A stretch of 64,000 bases of DNA from Akkermansiaceae bacterium (lineage in GTDB: Bacteria; Verrucomicrobiota; Verrucomicrobiia; Verrucomicrobiales; Akkermansiaceae), in the NCBI GenBank assembly GCA_051251915.1, contig JBPOGF010000009.1, positions 1 through 64,000 on the forward strand. Direction: 5' to 3'. The notes under the pieces are model-generated. The model had not been told where the DNA came from and did not search any database. It worked only from the letters and a program-made list of their open reading frames with translations. The position numbers and the translations under genes were made by a program. Shown here piece after piece: positions 40,151 to 50,200 of the stretch. Each line of letters opens with the position of its first letter. Position 1 is the stretch's first letter.

Positions 40151-40543
40151 TCACCTAATAAAAAACCCCACAACCTTACCATCAGCAATCGATAACTCAG
40201 CAATCGATAACTCAGCAAGCTTATCCGCCACATTCTCACCATCAAAATCCAACTTCCAATAATAAGTAATAAACCTCCCCCGATTCAACGCCCCCATATA
40301 AACCTTCTTATAACCCTCCTTCATCAGCGGCGCAACCTGCTTCGAAACCCCATTCAGAAGCTTCTCAGTCATCGCCGCCTTCATCTTCTCACCACAAATC
40401 GACTCAAACCTCTCCAAATCATCCTCCTCAGTAGCCACCAAAAGAACATCAAGCTTAGCAGTAGGCTCTTTCGGCGCCTCCACCGCAACCGCACTCAAAC
40501 AACTAGAACAGATCAGAACAAAAGATAGTATCGTATTTTTCAT
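40151..40543 (-). CDS. Exported hypothetical protein with an in-frame 15-bp duplication
   Basis: Signal peptide; AELSI-AELSI duplication near the C-terminus. Confidence 0.7.
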   Translation of the reverse strand: MKNTILSFVLICSSCLSAVAVEAPKEPTAKLDVLLVATEEDDLERFESICGEKMKAAMTEKLLNGVSKQVAPLMKEGYKKVYMGALNRGRFITYYWKLDFDGENVADKLAELSIAELSIADGKVVGFFIR

Positions 40544-40569
40544 AATATTTTATCGTAACCATTCACCCA

Positions 40570-40872
40570 CTACTCCTCAGCTTCAACAACAGGCTCCTTA
40601 TTCTCCATCACCAACCCCAGACTCCTCAAATTTAACCACACATCACCACTGATCTCCTTCGAGGCTATACCGTCAGTCACCTTCACCTTAATCCATTGCC
40701 CCTCAATTTTCTCAACGGTAAATGTCACCACCAACAGCCCAATCTGTGTCTTATAAGATTGACCAACCTTAACGAAGCTCGGCGTCGATTCTTGAGCATA
40801 GACCGCCTGAGAAGACCCAATGATAAAAATACTTAAGATGCAGAGCAGGTAGCGATTTGATAAATAGTTCAT
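40570..40872 (-). CDS. Exported hypothetical protein
   Basis: Signal peptide (VYA|Q); small beta-rich body. Confidence 0.65.
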   Translation of the reverse strand: MNYLSNRYLLCILSIFIIGSSQAVYAQESTPSFVKVGQSYKTQIGLLVVTFTVEKIEGQWIKVKVTDGIASKEISGDVWLNLRSLGLVMENKEPVVEAEE

Positions 40873-41060
40873 AATAGTTTTAGTCGAATAGTTTAATGAA
40901 TGCACGACAACTAATAATCAGCCGCGCAAATGAGTGGTGGCACAAGAGTTTTTTTTGTATCTATTAGCACCTAACACCACACACATTAGCAACATTAACC
41001 ACCATGTAAAACTAAACCGCAAAAACTTACCCCACCTTTTCTTATACCCCCAAATCAGCT

Positions 41061-41335
41061 AATCGCGTGCGGCATCGCCGCTATACGCGACAACCCAAGC
41101 AACATTCGTGAAAATTAGTGTTATTCGTGGTCCAGCACCGCTGGTCAAAGCACCAAGCCCCCAACCCAAGTTCCGCTCCATCACCCCCACGTAAAACAGC
41201 AGAGCTGCACGTGGTTAATCGCGTGCGCCACAGGCGTTATACGCGACATCAACCCAAGCCACAAAAACCCAAGCAAACTTTCGTGTATTTAGTATATTTC
41301 GCGGTAACCCCCCACACAACCCAAGCAACATAAAA
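41061..41335. repeat. Mosaic intergenic repeat (copies 2 and 3 of the 30-nt palindrome plus accessory motifs)
   Basis: Palindromes at 41061-41090 and 41217-41246, each followed by CAACCCAAGC and a TTCGTG..TTAGT..TTCGYGGT motif. Confidence 0.75.
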
Positions 41336-41336
41336 C

Positions 41337-43220
41337 CTACTCCCCCGGCGTCAACGCTATCCCCGTCACCTTCGAGTTCTTACGAGTCACCCCCTTCACA
41401 CTCGGATAACTCACCAAAAACTCATTCTCATCAATCAGATTCACAAAATAATGAGTCGTCCCTTTAGGTAAATCCACCGAGAAGCTCCCCCCATCCACCT
41501 TACCCACAGGCGCACGAAACCACTCCTCAGCCTTCTCACCCCCATTCAAAGTATAAATGAGATAAGCCAACTTCACCTTAGCCCCATTCTCTTTAAACTG
41601 AACACTCACAGCCCCACCCTTCTCATCCACACTAACCACAGTCGGAATCTTATCCTTGTTAGCTAAATCCCCCTTATAGTACGGATTAAAACTAGGATAA
41701 CTCGCATCCATCTCAGTAAGCATCCCCGTCAACCTCTGATCCATCTGCTTCACCTTCTCCGGCATCTCCTTAGCCAAGTTCTTCCCCTCCTCTATATCCA
41801 CTCTCCCATCCTTCTCATCATAAAGCTGAAACAACTCCAACGCCGGATCCTTACCCTTACCAACATGATCATAATTCCGAATCAACTTATACCCACCCTC
41901 AATAATCGTACTCTCAAAATCTGCATTATGCGGAAAATGCCACACCATCACATCGCGCACCTCCCCATCAGAACCCTTCACCAGTGAACCATCCGTAGCA
42001 TCACCCATCAACAAAGGCACAAGATCACAACCATCAAGCCCCTTATCCTCCGGAAGCTTACCTCCAGCAAGAGAAACAAATGTCGGATAGAAATCCAACC
42101 CATTCACCATCACATTACTCTCAACACCCGCCTTAATCTTAGGCCCCACAATCAACAAAGGAACCCTCGTCCCCCCCTCCTTCGCAGAAGTCTTCCCCAG
42201 ATCCAACGGCGCATTATCCGTGTAACCCACAACACCACCATTATCAGAAGTAAAAACAATATACGTATTCTCACTCAACATATGCCCAGGCCAGCGTGGA
42301 TCCTCAGTCTCCTCAACATAAGAAATCACCTGCCCCAAATAATAATCCAACGACTCAACCATCGCCCCATAATAAGGATTCTTCTGCCCCCCACCCTTAA
42401 TCTTCTTCCCAAACATATCCTCCGGCTTCCCCCCCATCCTCTCCGCATACTTCTTCAGCAACCTCTCATTACGAGTCACAATCGGGCTATGAACCAACCA
42501 AGTACAATAATACAAGAAAAACGGCTCCCCCTTACTCTCACGGATAAAATCTAAAGCATCCTCATTATTCTGGTGATACGGAAATCCATTCTCATCCAAC
42601 CGATAAGGATCCTTCTCACCCTTAGTAGCAAACCCCTCCAAAGGCTTATCCAGCCCCCTACCACTATGCGCCCCACGCGTAGACCTCGTAAAATCAAACC
42701 CCACATCACCCGGCTGCGGAAACGCATGATGATCAATCGCAATATGCCACTTCCCAGCATGACCAGTCACATAACCATTCGCCTTCATCGCCCTCGCCAA
42801 AGTAAACGTATCCTCCGGCATCCGACCACTAAACCAAGGATCCATCATCACAGACCGCTCCGTACTCGCATAAGGAGGACGCCCACCCAGCACATGCGTC
42901 TTCTGCGCCCTAGCAGGATGATTCCCACTAATTATCGCACACCGCGACGGCGAACAAGAAGGCGCCGGCGAATAAGCCTGCCAAAACATCACCCCCTTCT
43001 TAGCAAAAGCATCCAAATAAGGAGTATCATAAGCAGAAGCCTCATCCACATCATAACACTTCACATCCTGCCACCCCAAATCATCCACCAAAATCAAAAT
43101 AACATTCGGCTTCTCAGGCCTATCCGCACCAGACTCATCACCCCTAACCACTCCCCCACAAAACAACACACAAGCCCCCAAACAAGAACCAACCAAACCA
43201 TTCATCAAAGTCTTCATCAT
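41337..43220 (-). CDS. Sulfatase (formylglycine-dependent)
   Basis: Contains PNVILILVDDLG, CSPSR, GKWH, SDNGG and EGGTRVP. Confidence 0.93.
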   Translation of the reverse strand: MMKTLMNGLVGSCLGACVLFCGGVVRGDESGADRPEKPNVILILVDDLGWQDVKCYDVDEASAYDTPYLDAFAKKGVMFWQAYSPAPSCSPSRCAIISGNHPARAQKTHVLGGRPPYASTERSVMMDPWFSGRMPEDTFTLARAMKANGYVTGHAGKWHIAIDHHAFPQPGDVGFDFTRSTRGAHSGRGLDKPLEGFATKGEKDPYRLDENGFPYHQNNEDALDFIRESKGEPFFLYYCTWLVHSPIVTRNERLLKKYAERMGGKPEDMFGKKIKGGGQKNPYYGAMVESLDYYLGQVISYVEETEDPRWPGHMLSENTYIVFTSDNGGVVGYTDNAPLDLGKTSAKEGGTRVPLLIVGPKIKAGVESNVMVNGLDFYPTFVSLAGGKLPEDKGLDGCDLVPLLMGDATDGSLVKGSDGEVRDVMVWHFPHNADFESTIIEGGYKLIRNYDHVGKGKDPALELFQLYDEKDGRVDIEEGKNLAKEMPEKVKQMDQRLTGMLTEMDASYPSFNPYYKGDLANKDKIPTVVSVDEKGGAVSVQFKENGAKVKLAYLIYTLNGGEKAEEWFRAPVGKVDGGSFSVDLPKGTTHYFVNLIDENEFLVSYPSVKGVTRKNSKVTGIALTPGE

Positions 43221-43346
43221 ACCAAATACCATCCCACACCCAACTCCCCTTGACTAGAAAATAAACTATTTACTCATCCCTATTCACTTCAGCACCACGC
43301 TAGTCAATTTCATTGGTTTAGTGGTACTTATGTTTCATAAATTATA

Positions 43347-43643
43347 TCAAACCGACATCATTGTATCTACAGATTTCGAGTTCTCTACTAAAAACAAGCA
43401 ACCAACAGCCAATATGATGTTTAGGAATAGAACTGTTAACCCTATCTTCTTTCTAGCTGTTGGCAGAATCAATAAAAGTAGAGAAATTGGAGATATGAGG
43501 AAGACAGCTAGGATCGACCAGAAATAAAGAAGAACAGCTAAGGGCCACAGCGAAGTAAATAAGTAATCAATGCTTAAAAAGCCTAGTATACTAAAGCCAG
43601 AACAGCATCCAGTAACGATTAAAACCTTGCGAGTCATTCTCAT
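43347..43643 (-). CDS. Small hydrophobic membrane protein (hypothetical)
   Basis: Three hydrophobic segments in an AT-rich tract; no recognisable family. Confidence 0.45.
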   Translation of the reverse strand: MRMTRKVLIVTGCCSGFSILGFLSIDYLFTSLWPLAVLLYFWSILAVFLISPISLLLLILPTARKKIGLTVLFLNIILAVGCLFLVENSKSVDTMMSV

Positions 43644-44006
43644 CTAAAGAGGGAATATCTAACAGTTAATTCGAAATATTGTCGCATTTTTTTAGACCTC
43701 TATTCTACAGATAAATTTCATTTTCGGCTCCTTACTAGCTCATTTTCTCAGCATCCCATAGTAAGAATCCTTCTTATGACGACATAACACCGTAATACGT
43801 GGTCTTCAAAGCTTAATCTCAAAGATGAACTGATAAGGAAAGGCCTTAAAGTAAGCTCTACGATGACACCCATCTATAAAACGGAAATAATCGGAGTCAC
43901 TAGCTAACGTTACTACTTGCTTGCTCACCTAAAACTACCGTCATCCACAAAAAATAATCTACTTGAAAAAAGACAAATCTAACATACACTAACGGTCAAT
44001 CTTAAC

Positions 44007-44489
44007 ATGAAGCTCTTCGGGAACATAGTTTGCTCTATTGCCATCCTCACTCAGATCATCCTGAGCGCAGGGCTTCTCTCCCATGCCCCAGACTGCAACT
44101 CCATCCAGCCCTCATCGGATACAGACACAGTCTCTGACCTCAACTCTCATCACTGCGGATGCGACCATGACCACGTAGCTGAAGTCACCACCTCAGAAAC
44201 CAACGCACTCTGCAACGCCACCCCACCACTCCCCTTACACGACTGCACCTGCAGCCCACAAAAAACTTCACCCTACCTTTTGAACGATCAAATTGTAGAC
44301 ACTAAATCGAAGCACCAACTCATCGAAAACGGAGCACTCGCATCCACTCACGTTGACCTCTCACAGTTTTCCCTCCTCCTCGCAAAGGCAAACCAAAGTA
44401 ACGCCCCTCCATTGGCGCGTGAGATCGTTTACCTTCCGCAGCATCATGCTCGCTTTACGTCTATCTACCTAGGCGTATTCACTATTTAA
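44007..44489 (+). CDS. Cys/His-rich exported leader protein upstream of metal efflux operon (CzcI/DUF2946-like)
   Basis: Signal-like N-terminus, HHCGCDHDH, HDCTC and late NAPP motif; position before RND genes. Confidence 0.6.
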   Translation: MKLFGNIVCSIAILTQIILSAGLLSHAPDCNSIQPSSDTDTVSDLNSHHCGCDHDHVAEVTTSETNALCNATPPLPLHDCTCSPQKTSPYLLNDQIVDTKSKHQLIENGALASTHVDLSQFSLLLAKANQSNAPPLAREIVYLPQHHARFTSIYLGVFTI

Positions 44490-44637
44490 TTCCCCCTTTC
44501 CGCTAGACCACTTGACGCGTCTAGCTCCCCATTTTTCCCTGCGCTCACCTATCTGAGCGTCTAGGCATCCTTTTTCCCGAGCATACTCAGCACACCTATT
44601 TTCCAAATTTTCACATGAAATCACTACCAACGTACTC

Positions 44638-45960
44638 ATGAAATCTCATAAACAACTCATCATCACCGCCTGCACAATTGGCACCACAGTCATCTTTTCA
44701 TCATGCGCTCAACTAGAGAAAAAACGCATCGTCATCACAGATCAAACAGACCTCCCCACCTTCTCCACCAAGCTCGGTTCTACAAACCACAGCAGCGCCC
44801 TAAACATCCGCTCACTCGCCACCAGAGTCTCTAACAACAACCCCCAACTCCGCGCCGCAAAGCTCAAAATAAACGAAGCCTCCGCTAAACTCAGCCAAGC
44901 AGGCAGACGCGCCAACCCCACCCTCGGAATCGGCGTCAGCAAGTCCGTCCCCGGTTCAGAAGGCGGACTAGAGGTAAGTTTTTCCCAGCGCTTCCCCATC
45001 ACCAACAAACTCAGCCTAGAAAAACGCGTCTCCGCAGACCAGCTCCTCATCGCCGAAGAAGAAATCAAAATCGCCGAGCAACAACTCATCACCGCAGCCC
45101 AACTCATAGCCGTAGAAATACTAGAACTCCGCATCCAGTCCACTCACATCGACAAACAAATCTCCTCACTCCAAACCATCACCACATTCATCGATGACGC
45201 CGCCGCCCTCGGCGAACTCTCACCACTAGATGCCGCCCAGACCAAAATGGAAATCCAAACCCTCAAGGTCAAGAAATCACAACTCACCAGCGAAGTAAAC
45301 CTCCTCACCACAAGGCTAAAACAATACATCGGCCTACCTGCCACCAAACCCCTCACCCTCTCCGGCTCACTCCCACCACTCAACATCCCATCCCAGTCGC
45401 TATCCCTCTCTAACAGAGCAGACTTCCGCTCCAAATCACTAGAATTCCAACACTCCAAAAGCAACATCCTCCTAGAAAAATCAAAACGTTACGACGACGT
45501 AGAAATCTCCGTCCTAGGCGGCCTCGGCAGAGAAGAAGACGCCCCAGACGGGCTAGAAACTGAAGGAACCATCGGCATGGGCCTAACCATCCCACTCCCC
45601 TTCTACGACAAGAACGAAGGCAACATCCAAGCCGCCACCGCCAAGGCTCAGCGCAACGTCCTAGAACGCAGCGCCCTCGCCTCAGAGATCCGACTCCAAG
45701 TAGCCACCCACAAACAAGAAATGCAAACCTGGCTCGCCCAAAACGCATCAGTCAAAGACAACCTCCTCCCCCTAGCCCTGAAAAATTCAGCCGACCTAGA
45801 GACCGCCTACAAAAACGGCCAAGGAGACTTCACCAGCTTCCTCAAGTCAAAAAACCAAGAGCTAGATCTCCAAAACTCACTCATCCAAAACAACCTCAAA
45901 TTCCACCAAGCCCGAGTCAAATACTTCGCCGCCCTAGGAAAATCAAACTCAGCTTTCTAA
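44638..45960 (+). CDS. TolC-family outer membrane efflux lipoprotein (CzcC/CusC-like)
   Basis: Lipobox FSSC; NNPQLRAA; NPTL; LTIPLPFYDKNEGNI; AYKNGQGDF. Confidence 0.9.
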   Translation: MKSHKQLIITACTIGTTVIFSSCAQLEKKRIVITDQTDLPTFSTKLGSTNHSSALNIRSLATRVSNNNPQLRAAKLKINEASAKLSQAGRRANPTLGIGVSKSVPGSEGGLEVSFSQRFPITNKLSLEKRVSADQLLIAEEEIKIAEQQLITAAQLIAVEILELRIQSTHIDKQISSLQTITTFIDDAAALGELSPLDAAQTKMEIQTLKVKKSQLTSEVNLLTTRLKQYIGLPATKPLTLSGSLPPLNIPSQSLSLSNRADFRSKSLEFQHSKSNILLEKSKRYDDVEISVLGGLGREEDAPDGLETEGTIGMGLTIPLPFYDKNEGNIQAATAKAQRNVLERSALASEIRLQVATHKQEMQTWLAQNASVKDNLLPLALKNSADLETAYKNGQGDFTSFLKSKNQELDLQNSLIQNNLKFHQARVKYFAALGKSNSAF

Positions 45961-45981
45961 AACAAAAGCGCCAACCACCAC

Positions 45982-46009
45982 ATTCCCAATTCCTAATTCC
46001 CAATTTACC
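45982..46009. repeat. Short heptamer repeat (ATTCCCA-like x4) abutting start codon
   Basis: ATTCCCA ATTCCTA ATTCCCA ATTTACC ATG. Confidence 0.75.
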
Positions 46010-47155
46010 ATGAAACTAATCACCACCATCATAGCGCTCATCACCAGCACCCTCATCCTCACCGCCCAGCACGGAGAAATAGACCCAAACACAGTCCTGC
46101 TAGACCTCATGCAGAATAAAAACGCCGGCATCAAAACCACCGCCCCCACCATCTCCACCTTCCAAACCACACTCTTCTGCATCGGCCGCATCGAGGCCAT
46201 CCCAAGAAACCGCACCGTCGTCTCATCACGCATCGCAGGCAGAGTCATCTCTCAGCCACCCGTCGTAGGTGACCAGATCGAAGCAGGTGACATCGTCCTC
46301 CAAGTAGAATCCCGCCAGCCAGGCTCCCCACCACCCGTCATCCCCGTAAAAGCCAGCGCATCAGGCACCGTCTTCGAAAGCCACGTCAACCTCGGCGAGC
46401 CAGTCGACCCCTCAGAAGAACTCATGGACATCATCGACATCCGCCAAGTCTGGGCAGTCGCTAACATCCCAGAAAGCAAAGCCGCCAGCGTCAAAATAGG
46501 TCAGAAAGCCATCATCAAAGTCGTCTCACTAGGCAACGAAACCTTCGAAGGAACACTCATCCGTTTCGGCACCCAAGCAGACGCCGGCACCGGCACCGTC
46601 AAAGCCATCTTCCTCCTAGACAACCCAGATAGAAAACTCCGCCCCAACATGCTCACAGAATTCAACATCGTCACCAGCACCAGAGAAAAAGTCTTCACCG
46701 TCCCAAACTCCGCAGTCCAAGGAGACAAACTCAACGCCCACCTCTTCAAAATGAACTACGGCCTCACCACCAAAACCTCAAAAGCCTACACCAAAGTCCC
46801 CGTAGTCATCGGTGAAGTAAACGACCGCGTCACAGAAGTCATCCTCCAGAACAAAGAACTCAACGTCGTCGACGAAGTCGTCATCTCCGGAGGCTACTTC
46901 CTCACCCACACCAGCAGCACAGACAAAGGCTCCCTCAAAGAAGCCCTAGACGCAGCACACGGACACGAACACAACGAAGACGGATCAGAAATGTCCGCAG
47001 CCGACAAAGCCGCAGCCGCCCAGAAAAAATCTAACAATCACGGAGAAACCACCACACCAGCCAACCCCACCCTAACCACCCTCCTAATAGCCGGAAACAT
47101 CATCCTAACCCTCCTCCTCATCTTCACCATCTTCAAGAAAAAGGACATCGCCTAA
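46010..47155 (+). CDS. RND periplasmic adaptor (CzcB/CusB-like) with His-containing tail and C-terminal TM
   Basis: Contains VSSRIAGRV, GD.I.AG, VWAVANIPE, LRPNM and VP.SAV; tail DAAHGHEHNEDG. Confidence 0.9.
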   Translation: MKLITTIIALITSTLILTAQHGEIDPNTVLLDLMQNKNAGIKTTAPTISTFQTTLFCIGRIEAIPRNRTVVSSRIAGRVISQPPVVGDQIEAGDIVLQVESRQPGSPPPVIPVKASASGTVFESHVNLGEPVDPSEELMDIIDIRQVWAVANIPESKAASVKIGQKAIIKVVSLGNETFEGTLIRFGTQADAGTGTVKAIFLLDNPDRKLRPNMLTEFNIVTSTREKVFTVPNSAVQGDKLNAHLFKMNYGLTTKTSKAYTKVPVVIGEVNDRVTEVILQNKELNVVDEVVISGGYFLTHTSSTDKGSLKEALDAAHGHEHNEDGSEMSAADKAAAAQKKSNNHGETTTPANPTLTTLLIAGNIILTLLLIFTIFKKKDIA

Positions 47156-47216
47156 TACCAAAACCCACCCCACACAACCATTCCATCTTATAACACCAAC
47201 GCTTCATCGTCCACCA

Positions 47217-47244
47217 CCATTGTCCATTGACCAATGACCATTGA
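47217..47244. repeat. Short heptamer repeat (CCATTGA-like x4)
   Basis: CCATTGT CCATTGA CCAATGA CCATTGA upstream of the RND permease. Confidence 0.75.
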
Positions 47245-47266
47245 CGTAAGCAAAGCTTACAAACCT

Positions 47267-50200
47267 ATGCTAGACTTCTTCATCAAAAAATCCCTCCACA
47301 ACCGCCTACTAGTGCTCACCGTCGCACTATCCGTCATGGCCTGGGGTGCCTACCAGCTCACCCAGCTCCCAGTAGAAGTCCTCCCAGACCTCACCAAACC
47401 CCGCGTCACCATCATGACCGAGGTCCCAGGAAAGGCCCCAGAAGAAGTAGAAAACCAAGTCACCATCCCGCTCGAACGAGCCGTCAACGGCATCCAAGGA
47501 GTCACCCGCATTCAGTCCACCACAGACGTAGGACTCTCGCTCATCTTCGTGGAATTCGACTGGGGAACAGACATTTACCAAGCCCGCCAATTCGTCCAAG
47601 AACGCATCCGCACCGTCAACCTAGAAAAGGGAGTCGATCCCTACCTCACCCCCGTAGCATCCCTCATGGGAGAAGTTATGCTCATCGGCGTCACCTCACC
47701 AGACAGCACCGTTTCGCCACCGGATCTACGCACCTTCACCGACTGGGAACTCACCAAGCGCATCCAGAAAATCTCCGGCGTAGCCGAGTCCCTCTCCATG
47801 GGCGGAGGCATCCAGCAGATCCAGATCCAGCCACTCCCAGAGAAAATGCTAGCCTACGGCATCTCTGCAAACGAGATCAACGCAGCCGCCAAACAAGCAG
47901 CCAGCACCACCACCGGAGGCTACATCACCTCCAGATCACAAGAACAAATGATCCGCGTCCTCGCCATGACCACCGACCTCAGCGAGATCAAAAAAACCGT
48001 CGTCAAAAAAGTCCACGACCGCACCTACACCCTAGCAGACGTCGCCAACGTCACCTGGGGCATAGAACCACAGCGCGGTGAAGCAGGAGTAAATGCACAC
48101 CCAGGCGTCGTCCTCAGCATCGTCAAATCCCCAGGAATCGACACCAGAAAACTTACCTCTGAGATAGAAACAGCCATGGCAGAAATGTCTGAGCAGCTCA
48201 AACTAGAAGGCCGTGACATCCAGCTCACCCCCCTCTTCCGCCAAGCCAGCTTTATCGATGCCGCCATGCACAACCTAGAAGAAGCCATCCTCGACGGCGG
48301 CCTCTGGGTCATCGCCGTCCTCTGCATATTCCTCTTCAGCATCCGCGCCCCCCTCGCCTCACTCCTCACCACCCTCATCACCCTAACAGCCATCCCACTC
48401 TCCTTCGCCGTCACCATCATCATCTTCACCCTCATGGACATCAGCGTAAACTCCATGACCCTCGGCGGCCTCGCAGTAGCCATCGGAATCGTAGTCGATG
48501 ACGCCATCGTAGACGTAGAAAACGTCCTCCGCAGACTCAAAGAAAACGCCTCTAAAGAAAGAGCCAACCGTAAACCTCGTCTTGAGGTTATAGCCAAAGC
48601 ATCTGGCGAAGTCAGAAACTCCATCCTCTACGCCACCATCTTCATCATCCTCGTCTTCGTCCCCCTCCTAGCCCTCTCAGGCGTAGCCGGAAGACTATTC
48701 ACCCCCATCGCCATCGCCACCATCACCAGCATGATCGCCTCCTTCGTAGTCTCCCTAACAGTCATCCCAGTCCTCTGCTCCATCTTCCTCAGACCACGAG
48801 AAAACGTGGAACATAAAGACGGCATCATCATCGGATCACTCAAGAAAGTGTTAGAGCTCACCTTCATGAAAGCCGCCCTCCGCGTCCCCACCCTCACCAT
48901 CGCACTCGGCCTCATCCTCCTCACCTTCTGCGTGATGAAATTTAACGCCATGCCAAAGGAATTCCTCCCTAACTTCAAAGAAGAAACCCTCATCGTAGCC
49001 ATGACCACCGCCCCAGGAACATCCCTCTCCACCACCCACGAACTCGCCCTCATGGTAGACAAAATCATCCTCTCAGTAGATGGAGTAAAAACAGTCGGAC
49101 ACCGTGCAGGAAGAGCCGAACGCGGTGACCACGTCGTCCCAGTCTCCACCGTAGAATTCGACATCGAACTCGATGAAGACAACAAACGAGGACGAAACCA
49201 AATCGAAAAAGAACTCGGAGACAAAATGAGACAAGTCCCCGGCACATTTGCTGCCATCAGCGGTCCACTCACAGACCGCATGGGACACATGCTCTCCGGA
49301 GTCCCCGCAAAAGTTGCCATCAAGATCTCCGGCAGAGACATGAATGAACTCAGCACCATCGGCAACCAAATCCAAGCCCTCTGCAAACAAATCCCCGGCC
49401 TAGAAGAAGCCCGCATGGATCAGCAAGCCCAGATCTCACAACTCCAGATCATATTCGACCGCTCACGCGGAGAAGTCTACGGCATCAACGCCAAATCATT
49501 TAACGACCAAATCCACAACCTACTCAACGGAGAATACCTCCTAGAACTCACCAAAGAAGAACGCACCATCAACCTCGTCTCCAGACTAGCCGAAGAAACC
49601 CGCCAGTCCCTAAAGAAAATGAAAAACCTCTACCTAGAAACCAACAGCGGCGGACAAATCCAGCTCTACCAAGTAGCCAACATCATCCAAGCCAAAGGCC
49701 CCAACGTCATCAAACGAGAACAAGGCGAACGCATCTTCGTAGTCAGCGTCAACCCCACCGTGCGAGACCTCCCACGCGTCGTCGGCCAGCTAGACCGCCG
49801 CATCCAAGAAGAGTTCCCCATCAGAAAACACATGATCAGCATCGAAGGAGAATACATCGCCCAGCAAGAAGCCGCCCAGAAGATCACCATCTGGTCCATC
49901 ATCATCCTCCTCGTAGTCACCGTCCTACTCTTCAGCTACTTCGGCTCCATGAACTTCGCCCTCCAAGTCATCACAGACATCCCCCTCTCACTCATGGGCG
50001 CCGTCCTCCTCACATCATACATGGACGTCCCCATCTCCATCGCCTCCCTCGTAGGCTTCATCGCAGTCGCCGGCATCTCCGCCAGAAACTCCATCATGCT
50101 CATCTCCCACTACATCATGCTCATGAAAGACGAAGGCATCCCATTCGGCAAAAAGCTCATCATCCAAGGCACCCAAGAACGCCTCCTCCCCGTCCTCATG

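Noticed and set aside
40013..41335. CRISPR array or integron attC cassette array
   Set aside because: Spacing is irregular (1048 and 156 bp), the variable part lies inside the repeat, there are no cas or intI genes, and no RYYYAAC/GTTRRRY ends.
43644..44006. Possible ncRNA or riboswitch upstream of the metal efflux leader
   Set aside because: No convincing stems or known riboswitch consensus could be identified by eye; an Rfam/Infernal scan would be needed.
44742..49920. Many long antisense ORFs opposite the RND operon (also opposite ppc and the sulfatases)
   Set aside because: Explained by the strong codon and strand skew, which removes stop codons from shadow frames; no protein motifs.
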